The position numbers and the translations under genes were made by a program. This document shows, piece by piece, positions 37,972 to 49,295 of a stretch of DNA of 64,000 bases. This DNA is from an uncultured Desulfospira sp. (GTDB taxonomy: Bacteria; Desulfobacterota; Desulfobacteria; Desulfobacterales; Desulfobacteraceae): the NCBI GenBank assembly GCA_963663165.1, contig OY760175.1, positions 4,896,001-4,960,000 of the forward strand, given 5' to 3'. The notes under the pieces are model-generated. The model was not told the DNA's origin. It made no database searches and was given only the letters and a program-made list of their open reading frames with translations. Position 1 is the first letter of the stretch, and each line of letters starts with the position of its first letter.

Positions 37972-39417
37972 ATGAACAGTAAAAACCAAAGTCCGGTTGA
38001 TAACTGGGCTTTGTTTCGCTTCTCAGTCGTTGGCGGTTTGCTGGCAAATCCGCCGGCCAAAGGTGAGCTGCGCAAGGAACTGGAAAAGCTTTCCTATCAG
38101 ATTTACACCCATCCCATCACGAACGAATCAACGGTATTTCATTTTTCAACTATTGAAAGCTGGTATTACAAGGCAAAAAATGCCCAGGACCCCATTATTG
38201 CTTTAGGGCGGAAAGTTCGTTCTGACTATGGCGGTTCAATTGTATTCACACCTGAACTGATCCGGATGCTGGGCAGACAATACCGGACTTATCCGAACTG
38301 GAGCTACAAACTGCACGCAGATAATTTCGCAGCAGAACTCCAGGAAAAGGAGGCTTCAGTATCGGTACCATCCTATGCCAGTGTCCGGCGGCGGATGATC
38401 GAAAGGGGGTGGACCAGGAAGCCCTCAGCAAAGAAAAAACAGACAGCGGGCATGAAAATTGCCGCAAAGCGGTTCGAAAGCCATGAAATCCGAGGATACG
38501 AAGCAGAATATGTTCACAGCCTGTGGCATCTGGATTTTCATGAAGGCAGTCTGCGGGTGGTGGATAACAACGGTAACTGGTATACGCCCAAAGCCTTATG
38601 TATTCTTGACGACCATTCCCGCCTGTGCTGCCACATCCAATGGTATTCAGGAGAAACCACCCAGGATTTGATTCATGGATTGACCCAGGCATTTTTCAAA
38701 AGGGGGCTTCCCAGGGCACTGATGACGGACAACGGATCTGCCATGACCTCCCATGAGTTTTGCAACGGTCTTAAAAAAACAGGGATACTTCATGAAACGA
38801 CACTGCCCTACAGCCCTTATCAAAACGGTAAGCAGGAAGCCTTTTGGGGAACCCTTGAAGGCAGATTGATGGCCATGCTGACCCGGGTGGACCCTCTGAC
38901 ACTGGAATATCTCAATCACAGCAGTCAGGCCTGGGTCGAGATGGAATATAACAAAACCAGGCATAGTGACATCGGCACATCTCCTGTTCAACGCATGCTT
39001 GAAGGCAAAGATGTTTCCCGGCCGGCACCGGATGAAGAGCAACTGAGGTTCGCCTTTACAGTCTGCGAATCCAGAAATCAGCGAAAATCTGACGGTACCG
39101 TGTCCATCAACGGGGTAAGATTTGAGATCCCTTCCCGGTTTCACCATATCCCTCGGTTACATGTCTGCTTTGCCAATTGGGATAAATCCATGGCCTGGCT
39201 CATGGACCAGAGAACCGGCAAACAGATTGCGCAGATCTACCCCCAGGACAAAATCAAAAATGCTTCAGGAAAACGAAAGATCAAGTCGAGACCTGAGCAT
39301 ACCATTCTACCGGATGAAACATTGAAAGAATCCGAGCCTGCATTATTAAGAAAACTGATGGCCGAGTATGCCCAAAGCGGCATGCCTCCAGCCTATCTTC
39401 CCAAAGGAGAATCATGA
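37972..39417 (+). CDS. DDE integrase/transposase (rve, Mu-like C-terminus)
   Basis: LWHLDFH, LDDHSR, MTDNGSA, QNGKQE, YN...HS. Confidence 0.9.
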   Translation: MNSKNQSPVDNWALFRFSVVGGLLANPPAKGELRKELEKLSYQIYTHPITNESTVFHFSTIESWYYKAKNAQDPIIALGRKVRSDYGGSIVFTPELIRMLGRQYRTYPNWSYKLHADNFAAELQEKEASVSVPSYASVRRRMIERGWTRKPSAKKKQTAGMKIAAKRFESHEIRGYEAEYVHSLWHLDFHEGSLRVVDNNGNWYTPKALCILDDHSRLCCHIQWYSGETTQDLIHGLTQAFFKRGLPRALMTDNGSAMTSHEFCNGLKKTGILHETTLPYSPYQNGKQEAFWGTLEGRLMAMLTRVDPLTLEYLNHSSQAWVEMEYNKTRHSDIGTSPVQRMLEGKDVSRPAPDEEQLRFAFTVCESRNQRKSDGTVSINGVRFEIPSRFHHIPRLHVCFANWDKSMAWLMDQRTGKQIAQIYPQDKIKNASGKRKIKSRPEHTILPDETLKESEPALLRKLMAEYAQSGMPPAYLPKGES

Positions 39418-40241
39418 ACAACAAACAGCTTCTGGCTTATTACGGCCTTAAATGGAACCCTTTTTTTCCTAATATCCCCGTGGAAGCCTTATGGCATCCG
39501 CCATTGATGAACAGTTTTATTTTTCGTCTTGAGAATATGACCCTGAACGGGGGCTTTGCTTTGATCAGCGGGGACCCCGGCCTTGGCAAATCCAAGGCGT
39601 TGCAGATGATTGCCCAAAAGTTCGGTAAACTTGACGAGGTAGTTGTCGGGGTAATGGAACGTCCCCAAAGCAGTGTCGGAGACTTTTACCGGGAAATGGG
39701 AGTTTTGTTTGGTGTCAATTTGAGCCCTGCCAACCGGTACGGCGGGTTCAAGGATCTTCGGGAGCGCTGGAAAAGTCATGTAAAAACCACCTTGTTCCGG
39801 CCCATCCTGCTCATAGATGAGGCCCAGGAGATGCTGACCGGATGCTTAAATGAACTGCGTTTGTTGAACAGCGCGGACTTTGACTCCCAAAACCTGTTGA
39901 CCACCGTGATTTGCGGCGATGACCGGCTCCCGGAACGGTTCAGATCAAGATCCCTGGTATCGCTGGGAAGCCGGATGCAGTTCCGGCTGACGCTGCTTCC
40001 CTATGTCCGGGATGACCTGCTGGATTACATGGATCACAGCCTGAACCAGGCCGGCGCCCCGCACTTAATGACGAAAACTCTGATCAGGACCCTTGCAGAC
40101 CATTGCGCCGGCAACCTGCGGGTTCTTAACAATATGGCCGCAGACCTGCTGACTGCGGGGATTGAAAAAGAACTCAATCAATTGGACGAAAAGCTTTTTA
40201 TGGAAGTCTATTCCAGACAGCCGCCCAATAAAAAATCATAG
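39414..40241 (+). CDS. ExeA-like AAA ATPase (transposition helper)
   Basis: GLKWNPF, GDPGLGKS, LLIDEAQ, GNLR; ATGA-coupled to the transposase. Confidence 0.9.
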   Translation: MNNKQLLAYYGLKWNPFFPNIPVEALWHPPLMNSFIFRLENMTLNGGFALISGDPGLGKSKALQMIAQKFGKLDEVVVGVMERPQSSVGDFYREMGVLFGVNLSPANRYGGFKDLRERWKSHVKTTLFRPILLIDEAQEMLTGCLNELRLLNSADFDSQNLLTTVICGDDRLPERFRSRSLVSLGSRMQFRLTLLPYVRDDLLDYMDHSLNQAGAPHLMTKTLIRTLADHCAGNLRVLNNMAADLLTAGIEKELNQLDEKLFMEVYSRQPPNKKS

Positions 40242-40250
40242 GAGAACAAT

Positions 40251-40433
40251 ATGGGTATTTATGATGATCCGGACATGAAACTGGAAGAAATCACACAGGA
40301 ATTGGAACATTTTATCCTGGATATGGTCCTTGCCGGACTTGAAAGCTTGAATATGGAATATCGGGCCTTCAGGCGATTCCAGAAACAAAGGCTCACGGAA
40401 AAGAACCGTCATAAAGAACACGAGCCGTTTTGA
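40251..40433 (+). CDS. small hypothetical protein
   Basis: AGGAG RBS, operon position. Confidence 0.5.
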   Translation: MGIYDDPDMKLEEITQELEHFILDMVLAGLESLNMEYRAFRRFQKQRLTEKNRHKEHEPF

Positions 40434-41121
40434 ACGTACGCCCGGACTCCAAAGGTCCGGGCCTGCCTCAATGGAAAAAATACTTTGGAAAATCGGCAAT
40501 TATTTTAAGCACCGCTTCAGCCTGGCAGTTCTTGATGAAATTAAGGGCCGGTGGCCCGTTCTCCCCTCTTGTAAAAACATCCCTTATCTTAAAGCTGAAA
40601 ATGCCGGAGGAAGGCACATCCTGATCAGACCTGATCCTGTTATTCAGCCTTATTATTTTCTTGCCGACGATTTAAACATTGACCTGCTTATCCGGCATCA
40701 TCAATCCATATCAAACCGCTTTAAACCAGGCAGGATGGTTATAGAAACATCTCCCGGCAATTATCAAATTTGGATTCACAGTGACCGTCCGTTAAGCCTT
40801 CCCGAAAAAAAGTATTGGTTGGAAAACATGCACAGTGATCCCGGCGCCGACCCGAAAAACAGGTGGGGCAGATGCCCCGGGTTCAGGAACAGAAAAGCAA
40901 AACACAGAACGCCTTCAGGACAATACCCTTTGGCAAAGCTATTATGGGTGGACTGGAAATGCCAGGCTATTGTCCCTGAAATAGAATTATCCTCCCAACC
41001 TCAAGAAGTCTTTTCCCATCAACCCCGGGGGGGAGTGTGCCATAACGGTAATATTTCCCGCTCCCTCTATGATAAGGGTGACGAATCTGCCACTGATTTT
41101 GCATATGCTCTGGCCCTCTAT

Positions 41122-43022
41122 CTTACTTTCCGCACCCATAAATAAAAAATGAGTGTGAATTTATTATTCTATAAATTCAGGTAGATAGAGTTAACTGAAT
41201 TCCATTCAGTAAATAAATTTTGTTCAGACTAGATTTTTTTCCTTCTAGGTGATATCGATTTCCCAGTAAAGCAAATCAACAGACACCTTGGAGGTTAAAT
41301 GGAAATCAAAGACTTCAGCAGTCTGACAATAACCGATGTGCAGTTCCTACCCATAGTCAAAGAATATGCCCGCCGGATAAATCTGGTAGAAACAATCAAC
41401 CAGATGGTGAATACCCAGATGGATCTTCAGCCGGGCCCTGTTGTTCTCGGCATGGTTCTGGACACCCTGTCCGGGAGATCTCCTCTTTACCGGTTAAAAA
41501 ATTTTCTCGACGAAAAAGACATCGAACTGCTGCTTGGTAAGGCAATATCTTTGGAACAGTTTACAGACCATAATATTGGCCGTGCATTGGACAAAATTTT
41601 TGAAACAGGAACCCAAAAGATATTCGGCCAATTGAGCCAGAACGCTGTCAATGGTTTCCAAATCAAGCCGACCGGAGCCCACTATGACACAACATCTGTC
41701 AGTGTTTACGGTGATTACGCCATGACAGATGAGCCGTTTGAAATCACTTACGGCCACAGCAAAGATAAGCGTCCGGATCTAAAGCAGTTCCTTGTTGAAA
41801 TGCTGTGTGTTGACAGAAACATTCCCTTATTTGGAGGGACTCGGGATGGCAATGCATCCGACAAGACCTTGAACAATGAAGTGCTGACTACGATCTCCAA
41901 ACACATGGCCAACCATGGACTTAAAGAAAATGCGTTCGTGTATGTTGCAGATTCTGCCTTTGTAACGGAAGATAACCTTGGGAAAGCTGGAAAAACAAAA
42001 TTTGTCAGTCGGCTGCCGGCCACTTATAATGAATGCAGCCGCGCTATCAAAGAAGCGGTTCAGGCCGATAATTGGGTTGATATCGGTGTCCTTGCTGAAA
42101 CAGAGGATACACAGAAACGACCGGCAGCACACTACAAAGCCTTTGAGACCACCGTGACCTTGTATGGGACCACTTATCGGGCGGTGGTCGTACATTCCAG
42201 CGCTCACGATAAGCGCCGACACAAAAAAATCGATCGTCAATTAGGCAAGAACAAAAAAGAGCTTGAACAGCAGGTCCAGAAACTACTCACAGAACCGTAT
42301 TACTGCAACGATGATGCCCAGGCTGCGGTTGAAAAAATATCCCGGTTGCCGAAAAAATCGGATCTTTTCACCGTATCGGCAACCATTGATAAGGCGCCCA
42401 AATATTCGAGGGGCCGCCCGAAAAAGGGAGAGACGCGCGTTCCGGATAGATTTGAATATCGCATAACCCTTTTCGTTGATGAGGATGAAGAAAAGGTCCA
42501 ATTTCTTCGGGAAGAAGCTGGATGTTTTGTACTTCTTTCCAACTTAACTTCTCATCAGGAAGAATCTGAATGGTCTGCTAAAGATCTTCTAAAATTGTAT
42601 AAGAACCAGAGCGGCATTGAACAAAACTTCGGCTTCCTAAAAGATCCCGTTATCATCAACAGCGTTTTTCTGAAAAAAAACTCAAGGATTGAAGTCCTCG
42701 GGATGATTTTGCTGATTTCATTGCTGATATGGCGCCTTATTGAAAGGGCTATGCGTTTGTATATCAAAGATAATCAGACAACAATGACAGGTTGGGTAAG
42801 AAGAAGGACCAAACGGCCCACTTCATTCATGATGTCAACCAAGTTCCATACGGTTCTTGTGGTTAAAAGCGGAAACCAAAGACAGCTTGCCAAACCCTTG
42901 AAATCTGTTCATCTGGAATATCTCAAAGCACTTGATGTCAAGCCGGAGGTTTTCATTACACCTTGACCTCTATAACCCTTAAAATTACTCACATCTTATC
43001 GGAGTGGGGTGCGGAAAGTAAG
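41122..43022 (+). mobile_element. IS1634-family element (1901 bp)
   Basis: IRs CTTACTTTCCGCACCC; 6-bp TSD CTCTAT. Confidence 0.92.
41299..42966 (+). CDS. IS1634 transposase
   Basis: HYDTTS, YGHSKDKRPDLKQ, GNASD, VADSA, YKNQSGIEQNFGFLK. Confidence 0.93.
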   Translation: MEIKDFSSLTITDVQFLPIVKEYARRINLVETINQMVNTQMDLQPGPVVLGMVLDTLSGRSPLYRLKNFLDEKDIELLLGKAISLEQFTDHNIGRALDKIFETGTQKIFGQLSQNAVNGFQIKPTGAHYDTTSVSVYGDYAMTDEPFEITYGHSKDKRPDLKQFLVEMLCVDRNIPLFGGTRDGNASDKTLNNEVLTTISKHMANHGLKENAFVYVADSAFVTEDNLGKAGKTKFVSRLPATYNECSRAIKEAVQADNWVDIGVLAETEDTQKRPAAHYKAFETTVTLYGTTYRAVVVHSSAHDKRRHKKIDRQLGKNKKELEQQVQKLLTEPYYCNDDAQAAVEKISRLPKKSDLFTVSATIDKAPKYSRGRPKKGETRVPDRFEYRITLFVDEDEEKVQFLREEAGCFVLLSNLTSHQEESEWSAKDLLKLYKNQSGIEQNFGFLKDPVIINSVFLKKNSRIEVLGMILLISLLIWRLIERAMRLYIKDNQTTMTGWVRRRTKRPTSFMMSTKFHTVLVVKSGNQRQLAKPLKSVHLEYLKALDVKPEVFITP

Positions 43023-45834
43023 CTCTATAGAAGAGGTTTCTCACGAATGGAAATTTACAATCGCATTATCAATGAAAGGCAGGATTGGATTAATCATGCG
43101 GGTGAACGAAAAAAAACACAGTATCTGATCAGGACATTACAGAAAGCTGAAAAAATTATCAGTTAAAATCGGGCTCTCTTGGCCTCCGGGAAAGCCCTTA
43201 TTTACCATGAAACGTTGTCCATGAATTATCGTGATTGCTCTCACAAAGCAAGCTGAATGGCAACAAGAGGATTCACGCCTTTGTTTGCCATGGTTTGCAG
43301 GTAGCTTGAAATTCGACAATAAGCATGAGCATATTGCTGACATCGAAAACAACCTGATATTTTCTGTTTTACCTTTGCCATCCGAAGATCGTTTATGACA
43401 AGTTTCCTGTAAAAGCTTTTTCATATTAGCAGCCCACCTGTACTGATTGGATTCAACAATAAATGTCAGTTCCCTCAATAGATGGGAACCACAAAGTCCA
43501 TGTCCACAATGATCGTACGACAGGTATGATGCCCAGCAATCGTGGATTATTACCCCGCCATAGCGGGGAATAATATTCAAATCGACTATCGCCTCCTTGC
43601 CTCGCTTTCGGTGAAGTAGCTTCAAGGTGGTGCCTCCGGAGGAATACACATGTATCCAGTGATTTTTTCGATCCACCCGAAAGGATGTCTCGTCAACATG
43701 AATTGATGGGGCCTGAAGAATGTCTTCTATCGATTTGACCTCCCACCTTTCAAGTGCTTGATAAAGTCGCCAGACAAACTTTAGAAGGGTTGCTTCTGAA
43801 ATTACCACACCGATCATTGCAGAAATCTGCTTTTGAACTCGGTTGAGTGCAACCATTTGGCTAAGGAAGATAGATAGTATCAATTCCACAACAAGGAGCA
43901 TGCTGTTCATCAGAGCCCGCATCTCAGGAGATACTTTGCCCTCAGCACAAAGATTTTCAAAATCCTTTTTTAGACGGGCTATTTCTTCCCGAACACTATT
44001 TTTATCTACCGTTGCCATGTCAGCATTATAACACGGGTTTTTGGCGGCTCGAGATTTGCTCTATAGCGGATTTTCTATGTATTCGGCATCATCTGTCATG
44101 ATTTTACGGTAAATTTCTGGATAAATAAGCGCCAGCATGCTTTAACAAAGGATTTGGTGACCATTTAAAAAATTTTAAAATTGACCTCAAAAAACCTGTC
44201 AAGTCTTTTTTTAAATTTTTACATTTTTTTATGGGGTGAGTAGTTACACTTTGATTTGATTTCCGTTGATAGTTCTTCGACTGCAGGCGTAAATCAGCTC
44301 TATTTTAACTACAATCCAGAGATTGATCCTTATACCTCATTAACTTCTATTATATCGGCGACTTCTACAAACAACTTGATTACTTGTCAAACTAACCCCA
44401 AAACAAGTGTGAAATAAGTAATAAAAATGAGAAAAAAATCTCGAAACGCCTATCAATAAAGAGTATAATGAGTTTGGCAAAACGAACTATACCAAATTGA
44501 AAGGGCGTTTCGAGTGAATAAGAATATCATCAAAAAATTGGCAAAACGCAAGAAAAAAATAAGCAAAAAACTGAACAAAAGAGATTGGACTGAGCAGCCA
44601 ACTCCCATGCTAAAGGCATCCAATATCCAGTATGAGATCGACGGTCGCCTTCAGGGAATATCACATGGAGGCATTGGCCTGATCCATATGTTGGCCAAAA
44701 AGACCGGCCTTTTGAAAGAAATCGATAAAGAACTTGAGCTGCTCAAGCGCCATTTGCCATATCATGAATCTGATCATGTCGCCAATATGGCATACAATAT
44801 TCTTGCAGGCGGAACCTGTCTTCAGGACATTGAATTGCAAAGAAACAATGATGCCTGGCTTAATGCTCTGGGCGCAAAAATGATCCCTGATCCGACAACG
44901 GCAGGGGATTTTTTGCGCCGGTTTTCCCAGGAAAATATCATTACCCTGATGGATGTGAAAAATACCATACGGAAAAAAATATGGGAAAAGCAGCCTCAAA
45001 ATTTCAAAGAATCAGCCATCATCAATATTGACGGAACTATCAGTGAGACAAGCGGCAAGTGCAAACAGGGTATGGACATCTCCTACAATGGTAAGTGGGG
45101 GTATGCCCCGCTGGTTGTTTCTCTGGAGAGAACAAGGGAACCTCTTTATGTCATCAACCGCTCGGGCAATGCCCCGTCCCACCTTGACTCTGCCCGGTGG
45201 GTGGATAAGGCTCTTGATCTGACGGAAGGCACTTTTAAAAAATTATACGTTCGGGGAGATACGGATTTCAGCCTTACCACGCACTTTGACAAATGGGATC
45301 AACGTTGTTCCTTTATTTTTGGCATGGATGCCAGATCAAATCTAACAAAACGTGCAAATGCTCTTCCTGAAACCGACTGGGTCAGGCTTGAAAAACTGTC
45401 TGCGAAAATTAAAACTCAGCCCCGGAAACGTCCTGAGAATATCAAACTTCAAGTGGTGAAAAAGCGCAAATTCAAACGCATAGAGACTGCGTATGAACAT
45501 ATAGCCGAGTTTGAATACAAACCGGGAAAATGTCAAAAACCATACAGAATGATCGTTTTGCGTAAAACAATAAACGAGTTCAAGGGAGAATTACTACTGT
45601 TCGATGATATCCGCTACTTTTTTTACTATAACCGCAAATGACAGTTGGATTTTTTCAACCAACTGATTTTTAATTCAATTAATACAACTTGTTTCAATTT
45701 GCAAAGTATATGTTTTAGTCGTTGAATCGAAAAACTCTAAGATTCTGGGCGAAATGGATTATTTTTCCTGTTATTGCTTCGTAGTATATGATATTATTTG
45801 GCACAAATATCATATACTACGAAGAGAGGTTGTC

Positions 45835-46500
45835 ATGCCTATTATCGACGTTCAAAAAATTGAATCGGCCAGATCAACGCTTAAAAAACAAAAAATTTTT
45901 ACCCTCAAAAAGCTTGTTTCAATTCTGGATTGTTCCTCCAGAACTGCCCAAACAAAACTTAAACAGTGGAAGACCTACACAAGTTACAATCAAAACGGGA
46001 AGTATTATACTTTGCCTGAAATCCCTCAATTTGACGTTTATGGTATATGGCAATTTAAAAATGCCGCGTTCTCTAAGTATGGTAATCTAAAAAAAACCAT
46101 TATCCATTTAGTGAACTCCTCATCTGAAGGGCTTACCGGCAGACAACTTGGTGAACTTCTTGGGTTATCACCACAATCCTTTGTGCATCATTTCCGTAGT
46201 TGTCCGGGTATCTGTCGAGAAAAGCACGCTGGTGTCTATGTCTACTTCTCTGACAACATTTCAATATTTAAAAATCAAGTAAAACAAAGGAGTTCCCTTG
46301 TCCTCCGTCAAGCGGCTATTTCCATTTCTGACCAGGAAGCAGTCATGATTCTGGTTGCTATTATCAGGCATCATGGCATATCCGCAGAAGACATTTTGGG
46401 CTTGCCGGAGATCAAAAAGAGCAAACTAAAGCCGGCTAATATCCAAGGATTTATGGAGTCTCATGAGTTGTTAAAAAAAATTCCGGATTCCAAGCATTAA
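45835..46500 (+). CDS. OrfA of two-ORF IS
   Basis: as copy 1; GAGG RBS. Confidence 0.7.
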   Translation: MPIIDVQKIESARSTLKKQKIFTLKKLVSILDCSSRTAQTKLKQWKTYTSYNQNGKYYTLPEIPQFDVYGIWQFKNAAFSKYGNLKKTIIHLVNSSSEGLTGRQLGELLGLSPQSFVHHFRSCPGICREKHAGVYVYFSDNISIFKNQVKQRSSLVLRQAAISISDQEAVMILVAIIRHHGISAEDILGLPEIKKSKLKPANIQGFMESHELLKKIPDSKH

Positions 46501-46550
46501 AACTGCTCAAAAGCTTTATCTCCAAGCTGACTGGGTCCGTCCAAACTAGT

Positions 46551-48305
46551 GTGCTATTCTCAGCAAAGCCGACTTTGCATTTTTACCCGGAAATTTTAAA
46601 ATGCCCTGATTGTAATTCTACACTCCATGTTCAGAAAACCGATACGAAGACCAGGGTCACCATGGACATCGGTGCCTATTTTGCCAAGGAAACGGTATTG
46701 TATTGCCCCCACGGTCACGGAACGTTCAGGTCCGAACAGCTTCGAAACCTTGTACCCAGGGGCGGCACTTTCGGGTTTGATGTCATTGTGGAGGTGGGGT
46801 TTGCACTTTTTGTCCGTTGTCTCAGCAATCAGGAGGTCATGGCTGAATTGGCGATCAAGAATGTATTCATCTCTGAACGGGAGATCAGCTTTCTGGGCCG
46901 TAAGTTTATCATTTATCTTGCCCTGGCTCACCGACAGAGCCGGCCGGCTCTGCGAAAGTTCTTCACAAGCAGGGGAGGATATATCCTTCATGTGGATGGA
47001 ACTTGTGAAGGTGATAGCCCCAATCTATTTTGCGGCCTTGACGGACTCTCAGAACTGGTCCTTGATACGGTAAAAATTTCTTCAGAGAAAAAAGATGAGC
47101 TCATCCCATTTTTCCGTAGCATCAAAGAGCAGTATGGTGAACCAAGGGCACTCGTACACGATATGGGTAAAGGGATTGTCAGTGCGGTGGAGGAAGTTTT
47201 CCCAGGGACACCCGATTTTATATGTCATTTTCATTTCCTGCGTGACATTGGCAAAGACCTGCTAGCTGATGAATATAGTTTTTTGCAGAAACGGTTAAAG
47301 AAACTCAAGGTTCGACCTGCATTGAGGAGGCAGGCCAAGTATCTTGAGAAAAAAATTGATCCGGTCGGCAAGGATATTGATGAAATTATTGAGAGCCTTC
47401 AAAGTGGGAATTGGCAGGCAACTGATTTCGTTCATATCCCCACGATTATGGCATATGCTTTAATCCATTGGATATTTGACTATCCAAATCAATCCAACGG
47501 ATATGGTTTCCCTTTTGACCGTCCATACCTTGATTTTTATCGACGTCTTCAAGATGTTCTCCGGTTGCTGGAACAAATCATGACCGTGAACCTCAGTGAG
47601 GCAGCAAATTTAAACAGAGCCTTTTCCCAATTATATAAAGTAGTCATAAAAGTCGTAGAAGATAAGCGTCTTAATGATCTTGCCAAAAACATGGAATCAA
47701 AGGCAGCCGTATTTGACAAGCTGCGTTGTGCTATGCGAATTGCCCTTCCTGATGGCAAAAATGGCATTAATGATAATGGCGATTCCATGAACATGAAAAG
47801 TATTGAAGAAAAAGTGACTGAATTCAGGAACTGGCTCCTTGAGAATAAACACAGACAAAAAACCTATGCTAACATGGTGGCACAGATTGACAAATACTGG
47901 GAAAAGCTCTTTGCCGACCCGATACCAGTCGTCACATCGGACGGAATTTTTACGGTCCAACCACAGAGGACGAATAACCTTCTGGAGAGATTTTTCCGGG
48001 ATGAAAAACGACGAGGTCGGAAAAAAACCGGCATGGGATCGCTGAACAAAATGCTAAAAGCGGTCCTTGCCGACACGCCGCTGGTGCAAAATTTAAAAAA
48101 CGACAAGTATATGGAGATTATTCTCAATGGATGTTCCAACCTGGCAGAAAGGTTTTCACAAATTGATGCTGATCTGGTACAAAAAGAGCTGACCAAGGCG
48201 GCTGAAAACAATTGCAAAATATTCCCGGGGATCAAAAAAATGATAAGGGATACTGAATTAACGGTAAAAATCTCAACGCTGTTTTGTCCAGCAGATGCAA
48301 AATAA
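46551..48305 (+). CDS. DDE transposase (MULE-like)
   Basis: as copy 1. Confidence 0.8.
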   Translation: MLFSAKPTLHFYPEILKCPDCNSTLHVQKTDTKTRVTMDIGAYFAKETVLYCPHGHGTFRSEQLRNLVPRGGTFGFDVIVEVGFALFVRCLSNQEVMAELAIKNVFISEREISFLGRKFIIYLALAHRQSRPALRKFFTSRGGYILHVDGTCEGDSPNLFCGLDGLSELVLDTVKISSEKKDELIPFFRSIKEQYGEPRALVHDMGKGIVSAVEEVFPGTPDFICHFHFLRDIGKDLLADEYSFLQKRLKKLKVRPALRRQAKYLEKKIDPVGKDIDEIIESLQSGNWQATDFVHIPTIMAYALIHWIFDYPNQSNGYGFPFDRPYLDFYRRLQDVLRLLEQIMTVNLSEAANLNRAFSQLYKVVIKVVEDKRLNDLAKNMESKAAVFDKLRCAMRIALPDGKNGINDNGDSMNMKSIEEKVTEFRNWLLENKHRQKTYANMVAQIDKYWEKLFADPIPVVTSDGIFTVQPQRTNNLLERFFRDEKRRGRKKTGMGSLNKMLKAVLADTPLVQNLKNDKYMEIILNGCSNLAERFSQIDADLVQKELTKAAENNCKIFPGIKKMIRDTELTVKISTLFCPADAK

Positions 48306-49295
48306 ATACCAACCGTCATTTGCGGTCATAGTTTTTTTATATTACCAATGATTGGAAAAAACCGGCCAAACAACTGGTAGCCTTTTACCGGAAACGGGCT
48401 GACCACGAAAATGATATTGAACAGTTGAAACATGGCGTACGTGCTATGGATAATCCTTCAGACTCTTTGAATGCCAACTGGGCCTATATGGTTATTACCT
48501 CCATGGCATGGGATCTGAAAGCCTGGTATGGGCTGCTGATGCCATATCGTGCATTAGGGCTTTCCATCATCCGCATGGAATTCAAGCGTTTTATCCAGAC
48601 ATTTATAAACATCCCCTGTTTAATTTTGAAATCTGGCAGGGCTATAAAATATCGAATTATTGGCTATAACAACCGGCTCCAAAGCATGTTCAAATATTTT
48701 GATTTTATAAGGACCGTCCGGGTTACATGATGCCATTGCTCTCCGGATAGTTATTGCAAACGGGTTGCAATGGCGAGTCCAAACCCTGCAGTCTCAAAAA
48801 AGGAATGACAAAAACATGAAACACAAGACAACTGGCAATACTCAAAAAAACTGGGGACTCGTGTTTCTACTGGATGGCAAGTTGGTGGCCAAAATAATAC
48901 CTCAAACGGCGGGTTGCTCATGAGTATATCTTTTTTGAAAACGCGCTTGTTTTGGGACTAACGACGAGTTCGCAATAATGTTTGATACACTGTCAAATAC
49001 GACAGTAATTAACTATAGTGTTATTTTTAATAATGTAACCACATCTGAATTGGCTGATTGGGATACATTTGAAATTTACATAAATCCCTCCTTCCTTGCT
49101 GATAGTTTGCCGGGTGAGTCATTTTATACTTACGGAACCCAAACTCATTCAGAGGGTAACCTTGCTCCAGTTCCAGTACCAACCACCATGCTTCTGTTTG
49201 GCACCGGTATAGCTGGTCTGTTAGGATTAAGAGGTAAAAGAAGATAGAGATAACAATCCAAGTAAGCGCTTTATGAATAATTCGGGCGCGATTCG

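Larger units (their letters stand above)
40471..43166 (+). pseudogene. RepB'-type (AEP) DNA primase split by IS1634
   Basis: LADD, IETSPGNYQIW, DPGA, RCPGFRN.K, DESATDF.YAL | RRG...YL.RT..KA after removing the IS. Confidence 0.8.
33061..43244 (+). mobile_element. DDE/ExeA/primase transposon (~4.2 kb net of nested elements)
   Basis: imperfect IRs GTGAGA-N4-TCAC-N6-TCATGG at both ends; 3-bp TSD AAA; removal restores IS66 tnp AIQLA|LAGEIP. Confidence 0.8.
33011..44247 (-). mobile_element. internally deleted IS66-family element hosting a nested transposon
   Basis: IRs GTAACTACTCACCCC; 8-bp TSD ACTTTGAT; tnp remnants 43245-44018 (HVDETS, HDCW, CGSHLLREL, DLRMAKVKQKISGCFR) and tail LAGEIP..GE* at 33015-33060. 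Confidence 0.9.
45626..48331 (+). mobile_element. two-ORF MULE-like IS, copy 2
   Basis: 2706 bp, 8-bp TSD TTTTTTTA; one aa difference from copy 1. Confidence 0.9.
44397..48956 (+). mobile_element. IS1380 copy C, interrupted (tnp 44514-45625 + 48340-48730)
   Basis: TSD ACTAAC; net 1846 bp. Confidence 0.92.
28457..49247 (+). pseudogene. PEP-CTERM protein gene in four pieces (28457-28581, 32998-33010, 44256-44396, 48963-49247)
   Basis: rejoined via TSDs gives an open 187-aa frame: MKKIFLAGLA..ANA signal to PVPVPTTMLLFGTGIAGLLGLRGKRR. Confidence 0.9.

Noticed and set aside
43137..43390. C-terminus of ORF 43137-44018 as real protein
   Set aside because: Out-of-frame read-through after a deletion; the true IS66 tail is in another frame
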